NCBI GenBank assembly: GCA_964057225.1
Contig: OZ059898.1
Location: 14,384,001 to 14,448,000 of the forward strand
DNA: 64,000 nucleotides
Source of the DNA: Auanema rhodensis
Taxonomy: Eukaryota > Animalia > Nematoda
Direction of reading: 5' to 3'
Shown here: positions 39,601 through 51,363 of the stretch, piece by piece
How positions within the stretch are numbered: position 1 is the stretch's first letter
Layout of the letters: every line of letters starts with the position of its first letter
Made by a program: the position numbers and the translations under genes
Notes under the pieces: model-generated
What the model was told of the DNA's origin: nothing
Database searches by the model: none
What the model saw: only the letters and a program-made list of their open reading frames with translations

Positions 39601-40029
39601 ACAACAACAGTTTGATTTGTCCTTTTTGAACAAAATTGGCATCTCATATCATACTTACTGTATATGTATTTTGTCCTCAAAATCAGTAGACAACTCACAA
39701 ATTCGGCCAGACAGACGACAGACATTTAACATCACATTCCTTTGTAAACAAACAACTTTTTTTTTCAAAAGCGTCTTCGTTTCTTCCTTCAAATTCAATT
39801 TTCTTCTTCATTCTTGCCGTCATTTCAATGTTTCTTAACGTTTGTTAGGTTGTGTGACTGTACTGCTTCTGTCGATACAGCTAATACAACCTCCATTACC
39901 TTGCCTTCCGTCAACAAGTATTCAGATGTTTCGACAGGATCATCGTTGATTCTATTCTCTCGTAGTTGGCAGTCAAATTATTTCCATATTCCATTATTAA
40001 CCAACTCAATTACTTTTTCAGTTATTCAT

Positions 40030-40067
<38 letters not shown>

Positions 40068-40480
40068 TACTCTTTTCTCTTCTAAACCATTCTTTCATTT
40101 GTGATGTGATAGTTTCTCTCTCCTCATCTATTCATTCATCCGTTCATCCAACTATCCATCTATCCATTCCTCTGTCTCCTCCCCTCACCCCTTCATCCTA
40201 CCCCTCCCCCTCTATCTCATAAAAATTTGTATCTTTATATGAATAATAGCTTTTTTTAAATATTTGAAACATAAATAGATTTCTTTTATCAAACTACTTT
40301 TATTTCCCTAATCAGTATACCCATAGCTATTCATCATACACCCTTCATACACTATAAGATGTGTGATCCGATGTTTGGCAATCACATCCTTTTCGTTTTT
40401 CCCATTCTCCTCGTCGCGCACCATGTGCTATATCATTCGAACTCTCTTCACACTTCCTGCTCCTCCCCCTCCCCTCCCCT

Positions 40481-40521
<41 letters not shown>

Positions 40522-41401
40522 ACTTCTCTTGTAATACTCTTGTTCATCTGACGACACATTTCAATTCAAAACAAACCTATCGCTTGCCTGTTCTCAGCAC
40601 ACACACACAGAGAAACCTCCTCTCCACCCAACAACGTTTTGTCGACCTACATCTCTTATTCGTTTCATATCAACATCGAAGAAACATGCTTTTCACATCA
40701 CCTCCAGTCCTTTTCAATGAAATATTCCTTTGATTTTTGTTATTTTTCAATTTTTCCCGCCATCTAATGATGATTTTCTCAAAAGTTCATATGAATCTAA
40801 ACGATAAACACGACAACAGTTAGTCGTTCTTCTCTTCTACCCTGTTCCTTCCTTCTTTCCATCAAACAGGGTCAATATACCAAACAGAAGAAAACAAAAA
40901 AACATCTTCAGTTCATTTAACTAACTATGTGTCTAACTGACTAACTAACTATGCTATTTATAATTAAATTTCTTTATTTATAAATATAAAATGTAATAAT
41001 TGTCTTTTCACGTTGTTTGATTTTCTTCATCTAATATCAGCGTGACATTTCCGTCTCCCACAATCGCCGCCTGGCTGCTCATCCAAGCTTATCATCTCCT
41101 GCCTCTCTTAAACTTTTTTTTTGTTTCTTATTTTCTTCAACGAAATTTGAAAAAATCAATGAATTTTCAACGTTTTCATCAAGAAAAGCTGTATTTCAGC
41201 ACAATAACCATTGACTTTATCGCTTTATGTTTCTTTTTGTCTATTGATTTTTGAATTTTTTGAATTTCTATTGTTTAATCAATAATTATCAATTTTATAA
41301 ATGAATATTCTTGTTATTGTCTTCTTTTTCTTATTAATTTCATCTTTTCTTTCGTTAATTTCCACCCTTATTTGCTATTTCAATTTCAATTTTCAGACAT
41401 C

Positions 41402-41674
41402 ATGGCCATCGAAGTACAGCAAATCATCGAACTTATTCTTGCCATCTTCTTCCCTGTATGTTTTATGATTTTTTTCTTTATAATCAGCTAAGCAGAAGAA
41501 AATAGCTGAAAGTTTCCAAGGCTAATCAATGAATTTTCATCTTTTCAGCCATTGGCTATCTTCATCCATGGATCTGATTGCAATATTCATGTAGCTGTAT
41601 CCATCATTCTGTGCTTCTTGTTCTATGTACCAGCCATTATCCATGCTCTCTGGTATTGCTTCTTCAGAGCTTAG
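41402..41674 (+). CDS. PMP3/UPF0057 family small proteolipid (59 aa)
   Basis: Exons 41402-41455 and 41549-41674 give [59 protein letters not shown], with the PPLA and P-A-I-I-H-A-L-W signatures; ttttcag acceptor 5 nt before the ATG. Missing from the ORF track. Confidence 0.93.
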
Positions 41675-42371
41675 ATCATCAGCTTGTTCATGTCATACAA
41701 GATGACAAGCATCTACTACTACTACAACTACTACTGTTACCTTATAACCAACCCTTATATTAGCCAATTTTTCTATGCGACCAATGAGAGATGATGATAT
41801 TCAGCAGAAAATATGTTTTGTTTCTATGCTCCTAATCAGTTATTTTTTGACTTTTTTCTTAATAAAATAAGAAAAAGCGTTGAATCATAGCGGATTTATA
41901 CCAATTATCGAACTGCATTCACCATTATGAAGCCTTTTCTTTTCTTTTTTTTTTTTGAAAAAGAAGAAATAAATATTTTCTTTATTTTAATTACGATTAG
42001 AATGGAACTAAGCAGAAAAAAAACATTGGAAAATAGAGTAATCAGTCTTTGAGTTATCATGAAACATACACAAGACTCATCAATGTTCTCAAGTAAGTTT
42101 CAAAAAGAATTAAAAGTCTCAGCTTTTTAGTTCTTAGTTTGGTATGACGTGATTTGGTGTTGTATTCAATTCCATTATTTATTAATATTGATTATCTAAT
42201 TAGCATAACTAATAAAGCTTGATAAGCTGGATGTATCTCAATGATCAAACTAATGCTGTATCTATTGATTAATATAATATAATACAAATATATAATTAGA
42301 ATATTGAATTAATTATAAATAAATCAAAATTATAATTATTAATATCGCCATGTTAAAGCCTATTATGTACT

Positions 42372-42405
42372 TCAAGCGATTGTCTTTGGAAGAGCTGATG
42401 TTTCA

Positions 42406-42436
<31 letters not shown>

Positions 42437-45400
42437 CTGCTCCTGTTGCTACAACTGATTGTGCACTATCGCCAGTAGCTGATGATATCACCTGAAATTT
42501 AAAATAAACAGAGGAATAACATTGAATGAACGGCCGTTAAGATGATAGGAATAAACACGGAGAGTGGAGATTGGTTCATAGATTAAGGTGAAAATCTTAC
42601 TGATGCATCATCATTGTAAGGAGCAAGTGGATTATTGTTTTCTAACTTCTTCTTCTGCATTTTACGGAATTTTGAAGCCATATTCTTATATCTGAAGTGT
42701 AATATATGACAGACATGTTGAGGAGACAAGAAAAAAGGTTTTAAAACGAAAACTAACTTGATGCAACAAGTTCCGGGGCTGCATTCTACATAACCTGGAG
42801 GACAAGCACATGGATTTCCACATGCCATTGTCACTTCTTCTTAAAAAATTGAAAATAATTGAAAGTCTTTCAAGGCCAAATAATCAGATTGTGAATTCTG
42901 ATATGGCCTATCATTCATTGGAAAAGAAGTCCCACAAATTGGAATAGGATGCTATTACCTACTACCTATCCATAGATTTCCCGAAATAGGTATTTATCAA
43001 TCATTAACTATAGGTATAATTAAAGTTAAAAGAATAATAATAAATCATTAAATATAATAATTTACTTTTGTATATTAGAAAGACAAAGATTAAAGTATGA
43101 GGATAATAAGGAAAAAATACTTTCTTGTATCTTCACATGCGTAATTTCATTTATATCTGGAAGTTTTCTCTTTGGTAAGGTTTAGAGAAAAGTTCCAACT
43201 TTACTGGAAAGACAGGATGGAAGAATAGATTAGGTTAAGATTGGCTGAAACATACACACACACACAATTATTATTTGAGATTCATGCTATCACGGGGAAT
43301 GAAGAGAGGAAGATTCATTCAGTTTCGTCGAACCATACGTTTCATCTGACTCGTGCATGATGGCAGACAGGCTGGCATACATGATGCTGCGCAGACTGGA
43401 GCTATTGGAGCTGGTGAATAGACGGCTACGCAAGTTGGAGCACAAGCTGGCATACAGTATGAGATGCATGTAATCTTTAAGAATTCAAATAATTAGCTCA
43501 ATTGATAGTAAGATGAAGCTCTTACTCGAGATAAGCATTGACCGTCACAAGAAGGCATGCATTCAGCAGCACATGAAGCTGGGGAAAGCTGAACGCTGAA
43601 TCTGGAATGAAGACAATGTGAGAAAAACGGACAGTGAGCATGAGCTGGTTAATCTTGTAAAGCTCGATAATCTAAAATGAGAACTTGAAAACTGACTGTT
43701 GAACACATGTTGGTGCACAGGATGGTTGACACTGCTGTGGACACATCTGTTGAAGACATGACGGTGTGCAAGATGGCATACAACCACTAGCACAGGTAGA
43801 TGGTCGAACAGAAACCTATGAGAAGCAATTTGTGAGTTTAACTTCTGTGGTTGGAAAGTTTGCTGAAATGAAGGGACACAACATACTTGGACTTGAGTTA
43901 CACAGGCGTTTGTGCACATTGGACGACATTGAGCCGGACAGAATTGGATTTGAGATACACAGACTTCACTGCAGGAAGGCATGCATGCTGGATCACAGGT
44001 TCTTGGTCGTACCTAAACGAACAGAAGATTTATACTTCAGAAGATAAAAATTAAAGGAAGCTAGGCTACCTGAACTTGAACGGATACAGCTTGAATACAA
44101 GTTGGAAGACATCTAGGCATACAAGCAGATACACAAGTATTTTGTCTGAAAAATGAGAACACTTTGATGAATTCATGTTGTTGGCTTACTGGCAAGTCGG
44201 TGGACAATTATTGGTACATGTACTACAGGTGACGGCTTCAACACATTGAGCTGAACATGATGGCATACAAGGTGAAAGACAAGTTGGAACAAGAACTGGA
44301 GCTGGTCGAATCTAATGTTTTGAAAATAAAAACTTAAACGAAGTAATATCAAACCTGAACAGTCTGCATACAAGTTGGAGCACAGGATGGCATACACTGT
44401 TGTGGACACGTTGGAACAACAATCTAAATGAATAATCATGATGATCTAGCTGTTGAAATTGACGTTGGCTCACTCGAATACATGCAGAATCGCAAGTTGG
44501 CATACACTGCTGAACACATTGTTGCTGAACCACTTGAACAGAGTTAACACATGTTGGTTGACATCCTGGCATACATGATGGAGCACAACTTGTACGAACC
44601 TATTACGCATGTAAGCTTAGTATAAAACTTGAATATATCATATAATTACAGTAATCTGTTGAATACATGTTGGTTCACATCGTGGCATACACTGTGGGAC
44701 ACAAGTTGGAAGTTGTACCTTGAATTAAGAACATCAATTGAGAACTTAATTCATGTTGTTACTTACGGAAATCTGTTGAACACAAGTTGGCTCACATCTT
44801 GGCATACACTGAGGAGTGCAACTTGGTCCCTAAATAGCAAAAAGCGTAAAAACATATATTATATATGAAAATTGAACAGAAATGGGTATAAGGCTAATGC
44901 TGAACTAAGAGATTTAGTTAATTTAACTAAGATTGCTTTGTTATTTATGCTTAAAACTTAAAGCTTGGCGAAATATGCTGTGAATAAGCTGAATCTGTTT
45001 TCTTCAGACGACAATTTCCTGATTCTGTTGGCTCTGAAGCAGCTGTACCTTACCGAGTTGACAAGATTGATACATGCAGTCTCACATCGTGGCATACACT
45101 GTTGAACACAAGCTGGCATTGGCATTGGCATAGGAGGTGGAGCAGGAACAGGTATCATCGGTGGCGGTGGAGCAGGCTGTAGTTTTGAGTGAATTTTTAA
45201 CAGAAAAAGTTGGAACAAAAGAAAAAAAAAGATTTTGAGATAGGATTATAAGCAAGAACAAGAGAAACTTGAACTTAATAAGCTTTATATGATAAGCTGT
45301 AACTGATAAGAAGCTAATGTGAAGGATATGTATGTATGTGATGGGGATGTGTTTGTAACTCATTGATACAAGAAGATATAGCAATGATATTAGAAATACC

Positions 45401-46263
45401 TGATTTATTCGAGGAACAGTCCTTATACGTAATGCCTTTGGAAAATCAAAATATATTTGTTTCTTTCTTTCTTTTTTTCAAATAAAAAATGGAAAAAAAT
45501 TCATTTTGCAACATCGTTGGAAATTTGAGAGACTTATTGGTGTAGAATCATACAATTTGTTTCATTTTTAAGTGATCTATTCATAGATGTTGAAGTTGAG
45601 AGGTATAAGAAGCTAGTGATTGAATAGAAAAGCAATTGAGATCTTATTCTCTCTCTATCTCTCTCTCCCTCTCTTTCTCTCTCACTCTGAGTTTCTTTTC
45701 TTTAATTTAACCTTCCTTGTTCTGCGCTCAACTTCAAGAAATACATTTGAAATTATCAAAAAGTTAGAAAATTTGAAGAAAAAAAAGTATTTTTCTCGAA
45801 TAAGTTTCAAAAAAAAAAGAAAAAAAACTTACAACAGACATAACACAAGCATTAGTGCACATTGGTTGACAGTGATCAGGGCATGAAATCTATAAGAATA
45901 ATCATTTTGATGTAATATATAGGTTATAGTTAAGTTTTTATATAGTTAAGCTCAAGTTTTAAATTGAAACTTGACAGGTGAACTGACCATTGGTTGTGGT
46001 GGTGGAGGTGGTGGCATCATGGGACAACCTCCACATCCACAGTCCTGACCTGGACGACACATTGCACAGCATTGACGTTTACTACGAGAAAGCTGAATAG
46101 ATTCTGGTTTAAGTGTCTGAAAGAAGATAATGAGAAGAAGTATATGGGAGAAACTCTGATTTTCAATAAGAAAATAGAAAAAACTCACTGAATTACTTTC
46201 AACTTCAGCTAAAGCTGAAATGATTAGTAATGAGGATACAAGGAAAAGCCTTGCTGCAAGCAT
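42372..46263 (-). CDS. Secreted Cys/Pro/Gln-rich repeat protein (C-x3-C-x3-C, C_tripleX/DUF139; abu/pqn-like cuticle protein)
   Basis: Signal peptide MLAARLFLVSLLIISALA; RSKR-Q processing site; many CxxxCMPxCxxxC units in short in-frame exons; C-terminal CGNPCACPPGYVECSPGTCCIKYKN, then basic and poly-Ala tail; TGA at 42374-42372. Confidence 0.88.
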
Positions 46264-47040
46264 TTCTGAAAAACGTTCTAATGAGGCAGAAGATAGTTAA
46301 AAAAGTCTGAATAATGATACAGATGATGAGAATGAGGATGAAAAGCATACGAATATGACAAAGAATTATATTTGACGATGAATAACTGAAGAATATTTTG
46401 AATAAATATAATTGAAATGAAGGAAAGTTAAGAGATTATCGAGCATTAATGAAACTGATTCAGATGAGATAGCTGAAGGGTGGAGATCTTGAATCAAACA
46501 CCTTTTTTCTATCTCTCCTACTTCTCTCTCTATCTCTCTCTCTTTCTCTCTTTCTTTATTCTCATTTCATGTCTTCCCTTGAGCTTCTTTTTGATATTTG
46601 ACAGCTTTTCAGGATAAGTTTAGATTTTCATTTAGTCTAGATATGTCAATTTAGACGGATCCGTTAATGAACAATCTATGAAAAGAATAGATTTGTGTCC
46701 AAAACGGATAATCAAATAGTTAAATTTGAAAAATAAACTGAAGAAAAGGACATTAGAGAAGAGAACGAGACGAGAGATATTTGGAATTTGGAAAGGTGAC
46801 GTTCAGAATAATGAAGAAGGACGTTATCGGCCCTTAAGCATATGAAGGTTTGGGAGTGATGAATGTAGTGATAGTGCTTAGATGGTGTCAGTATTTAGCA
46901 CAGCAACGTCTACATCACAGATTCTGCCTTCAGACTGCTGATTATTGAAGCTCATCAGCAGCAACACCAGCAGCATGAAGGCTGCCTGTCTCTTCGGTCG
47001 ACTAAACGGAACGGTCAGCTGTCCTTCTCGCATTCTGGGC

Positions 47041-47048
47041 TATTTATA
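47041..47048 (-). promoter_or_regulatory. Candidate TATA box (GTATAAATAG) for the minus-strand Cys-rich gene
   Basis: Matches the nematode GTATAWWAG-type TATA; lies ~780 nt upstream of the ttttcag acceptor just before ATG 46263, implying an outron or 5' intron. Confidence 0.45.
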
Positions 47049-48084
47049 CCCCTGTATTTACCGAGATTGACACCCCATGGACTGTTCTCCAGTCTTTCAT
47101 TTTCTGTCTCATCTTTCTCCACCGGCTAGTGTCTCTCATTGAGTTTGCTATGCTTATATGTATCTCTCTTCCTTCCTCACTAACTCACTCCCTCCTTGCA
47201 TTCATCATCTGTGCTCTCGTTCTCGTTCTTATTCCAGACAGAGCTCTTGGTGAGTTTTGTCCATTGTCTGTCGACGGTGGCTTTTCATAAAAGAACTTCT
47301 CAGGTTGTTGTACCTAAAACTTGACTAACAAAGCTTGACCACCAGCAGTAGCATGAGCTGTCTATGAAGACAGGTAGTAAATCGTCATTGGCTTGGCCCA
47401 TTACTGACTCGTCGTCTCATATGACAAGTTATAACAAGTTCTATCTTTCGATGATTCAGACAATAAACAACAAATAAACAATTCATTTGTCACTTTTCTC
47501 GTCTACCTCTTCAACATCATACTTACAATTTGTCTTCCGCCTTGCCTCCTTTTTCAACTTCAGCATGTGCTTGTCTCGTCTCAGGCACCTTCATGCTCTC
47601 TTATCCAGCAACCTCTTGAATTCAAAAGAAATTTTCCATTTAGCGGTGAAACTTAAAATGTTTTTTCCCATTATTGTCAACTTTTTTTAAGGATTTCAGC
47701 TCTAATACCAGTTATATATGATGACGACATCATCAATCCTATCTAAACTAACTATAAACTAGATATCTTTCTCCTTCAGTTCTTTCCTTTGATATGACGT
47801 CTTTGCCCTGGCAATTTCTCTTTCTCTTTGTGTGACCTTCTTTCTCCTTCCTCACTGTGACCGAGCACAATCACACATTTGCCCCAGATGAACTTGGCGT
47901 AAGCGACGCGACACGCAAACTAGGGAGGAGGAGTGACCAGAGGAAGTAGAGATAGTGCGGGGATCACATTCTTCCATTAACTTTCATGTTTATTATTATT
48001 CTCTCTTTTATTTTGAGTTATCATTAACTTTCCCCACTTTTTTCTCAAACTGATCGGTTTTTACAGGGCGATTTGAGTTTAAAC

Positions 48085-48950
48085 ATGCCCATGCACTTCA
48101 TCTCAGTAAGTTAAACTTTAATTTTAGAATTCTTGTATGTTCAATTCATATTAATTTAACATTTCATTTTAGCCACAAGCTCGTTCGCTATTCATTATGT
48201 TTGTTGATGTCCGCACCAGACTGAGAGATAAGTGAGTATATGACTTATAATTATTTTTTAAATTTTGGCTTTTTATTTATTTTTTATGTTCTAGATTCAT
48301 CGACAGCGATGAGAAAACTCGTGCAGTTTTGGACGGATCTGTGTTCCAGTATATCGAGGAGCTTGATTTTCTTCTTCAGCACCCGTCAGGTATACGAAAC
48401 TTCTAATATTTTCGGTTTCTCATGTAAAATTTTCAAAGATTTTCTTATTTCATAAATTTGAAACTTTTCCTGTAGTTTATATAAAGATTTTGTTTTAGTG
48501 CGAGGAAACAGTGATCCGAAAATGCGCACCCCTATGGTTGATATGGTATGTTTCTTTTTTCTAATATTTCCATCAACAATAAATTATAATATTAGACTAA
48601 TCTATGTAAAAGTATATACATAATGTATATATAATCATTTAATTACTCAATATTGTATTTAGCAAACGCCAATAGGAATCCTTCTGAAAAGAATGAAACG
48701 ACAAATTCAGGCGATTTGTACACTTGCCGACGTTGTTCATATTGGTACGTTTCAATACTTTTAAAAATATATTTTTAAAATCTTTCTATATTTCACATTT
48801 GAGTTAATGACATCGCTTTTAGGCCCACCAGCTAATGAGAATGAGGCAGCACTCGTATCGAGGGCCGAGCAGGTGCTGAATCTCTTGTACGACACGACAA
48901 TACCACCGTCTTCTTTTTCTGGTTCAGATGCACAAACTCACTCCAACTAA
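48085..48950 (+). CDS. Unrecognised six-exon protein-coding gene (143 aa), no family assigned
   Basis: Exons 48085-48105, 48173-48231, 48295-48389, 48499-48545, 48663-48744, 48823-48950; all GT-AG with strong donors, consistent phases and no internal stop; upstream acceptor ttacag ending at 48066; AATAAA at 49043. Confidence 0.8.
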
Positions 48951-49054
48951 GAGTCATGGTCTTATTATTTTAAAGGTTTGTATTTCTTCTTTCATATTTT
49001 GTGACTTCCTCTTTCACTCGTTTGTGCTTTTAATAATTTCTAAATAAAGAAAAG

Positions 49055-49291
49055 AAGGGAATCTTGAAAGTTCTATTGGTTTCTTGAATCCGTAGGAGAA
49101 TCCTCTATTTTATTTTCCTCTTTTGAGACTTTCAAATATTTTTGAAGTTCTGAAGGTGGATCCAAGACTATGCCTACTTCTCTTTTTTTAATTCCTTCAC
49201 TCGGCAAAGTGTCTCTCATGAATATACCACGGAAATTCTTAATCTTTAATATTTCTACTAATTCAATGAAATCATAATTTGTCAGAGGTTT
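49055..49291 (-). mobile_element. Decayed Maverick/Polinton adenain-like cysteine protease (PRO) fragment
   Basis: Intronless KPLTNYDFIELVEILKIKNFRGIFMRDTLPSEGIKKREVGIVLD-PPSELQKYLK resembles Polinton PRO (PLTN.D...LKI..FRG.FMRD.LP...E.GI.NLD...GTHW...FDSFG..PP.EL..YL); the catalytic His segment is deleted and a stop follows. Confidence 0.8.
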
Positions 49292-50593
49292 AAGATTTTG
49301 GGAAAAGCAAAATGGGTAAGTAGTACAAATTTTGGTCATTTTTCAAAAATGACTGGTTTTAAGTGAATTAAGAAATGTTTTTTGTCGATGAATGCCTTGA
49401 AAATGTTGAAAATCTGCAAAATCGCATTTGGGCAAAAAACCTTACTGTCAACCTTTTGTATACTACTATAAATCGGTGAAGAAAAGAAAAAAAAACACTT
49501 TCAATCAGGGCATATTAGCACATTAGTGGAGAGGAGAAGGGAATTGACACCTGAAATCTGTGCATTTCTCAAGCAAATACATATCTTGCTTGATTCTATC
49601 ATCTTCTTCTTTTCTCTCCAAAAACATTCAAATATCTGTTTGAATTGAACAGATTTTATGCTCAAAAAAAAACGTCTGATGAAAAAGATTGTTGTTTCAG
49701 GATTGAGCCGGGATTGAGCCCAGACATATGAGGAGGTGGACGGAACGACCACGAGAACGGAGAAAAGGAAAAAGATGAGAGGAATAAAATGTGATTTTTC
49801 AATCTTTTTCATAAGAAAAAAAATCATTTTTTCAGGGTATTAAAGAGAATTTTGAATGAAAATAAATTTATTTTGATATATAAAACCTTTTAACCTTTTT
49901 CCTTTTTTTCACATAATCACTTTGATTGCTTTTTTGAAAATAAATGTTGTTTAACTATTCACTAAAGCAATTTCACTAGAACTCTTCGTTTACAAACTTT
50001 TTTTCAAACTTTAACTAACAAGAATTGTCAAAAAAAATTTTTTTAATTGAAAATAGACTCGTTGAGCTCCTGTTTCCGTAATCGGAAAACCGGAGTTCGT
50101 ATAATAGATTTGAAGGCTGAGACAGGTGACGAACAGACAATGAGTTGAGTTTGAAATGCAGGAAATGGGGAGCCTAAGCCTAATGAAACTGTTTTTATGA
50201 GAAATATTTTCATTTTTATAGCTTAATTTCATTAAAGTTGATTATCCTACAAGCATGATCCAAGCATACAATCTTGCAGCCTTATTCAATTTTCAATATT
50301 CAACCTTTTAAAATTTATTTTAAAAGAATCATTAATCATTCTTATATCAGAAGTCATCAACCTTATTTGCTCTGATTTCAAACAAAAAAAAGTTTAATCC
50401 AGTTGAATTGCCAGTTAAACCGTCTATTATAAAGGATTGACGACGACAACTTTTTTTTTCGTTTTTCTTATATTTATTTTGAATTCCAGATTTTCTATTG
50501 AATGTTCAACTTTAATATTTTAAAAAATAAATTTCATTGTCAATAAATAGTAACAGAATAATAATTTTCATTCAATAATATACAGATACAATA

Positions 50594-51363
50594 TCATTTT
50601 TCCCAATTTAATCGAAGAACAGGATGATTACTTCGGATCAGGGCTTCTCGTTTCTTTCGTCCATACATTCCCATGCCACCCATTCCACCCATGCCCATTC
50701 CCATGCCCATTCCCATTCCGAAGCCCATGCCACCACCACAACCACCACAGCCCCTGAAAAAAGGTTTTTAACCGTTTTTTAAACTTCGAATATATGTGAT
50801 CGGGATATGATATAGCGATTTGACATGTATTAATGTTGAAACATACGTTCTAATACACATGGGCATACATACTGGTACACAACAACCACAGCAGGATGAC
50901 ATCATCATTGGTGGAGGCATTACCATCTAATGAAATATTATTTATATTTAAGAACAACAATATTCTATTTGATATAACCAACCGGAACTGGTACAGGGTG
51001 TGGTACAGGTACTGGATGTGGTACGGGTACTGGAATAGGACGTGGCACAGGCATTGGCATAGGCATTGGCATTGGCATGCTACAACACATGCTTATCATG
51101 CCACAGCATCCACCCCATTGACGCTTAGCACGAATATGAACTTTAGTTGAGGTGGGTGAAGATGAATCAGATATCTATGTATAGAAAATGAAATAAAGCG
51201 CTAACTATATGAAACATACCGTTTCTATCAGAGCTATTGCCGTAGTTTGATTGTCTGATGTCTGTTCATTATTAAGAATAATCTGCTCAGAAGATATTGA
51301 TGTTATACTAATTTGTAAAATATACAGAATTATAAGAAGAAATATAGATGAAGCTGGAAACAT
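50594..51363 (-). CDS. Secreted Cys/Pro/Met/Gly-rich precursor (nematode cuticle/extracellular type)
   Basis: Exons 51363-51220, 51174-50983, 50926-50847, 50753-50594. Signal peptide, pro-region, RAKR-QWGGCCGMISMCCS, (MP/VP)n, SSCCGCCVPVCMPMC, GCGGCGGG(MG)n, Y-GRKKR. Confidence 0.88.

Noticed and set aside
50172-50183. Two tandem nematode telomeric hexamers (GCCTAA x2)
   Set aside because: Only 12 bp, plausible by chance; no sign of a telomere-addition or DNA-elimination site.
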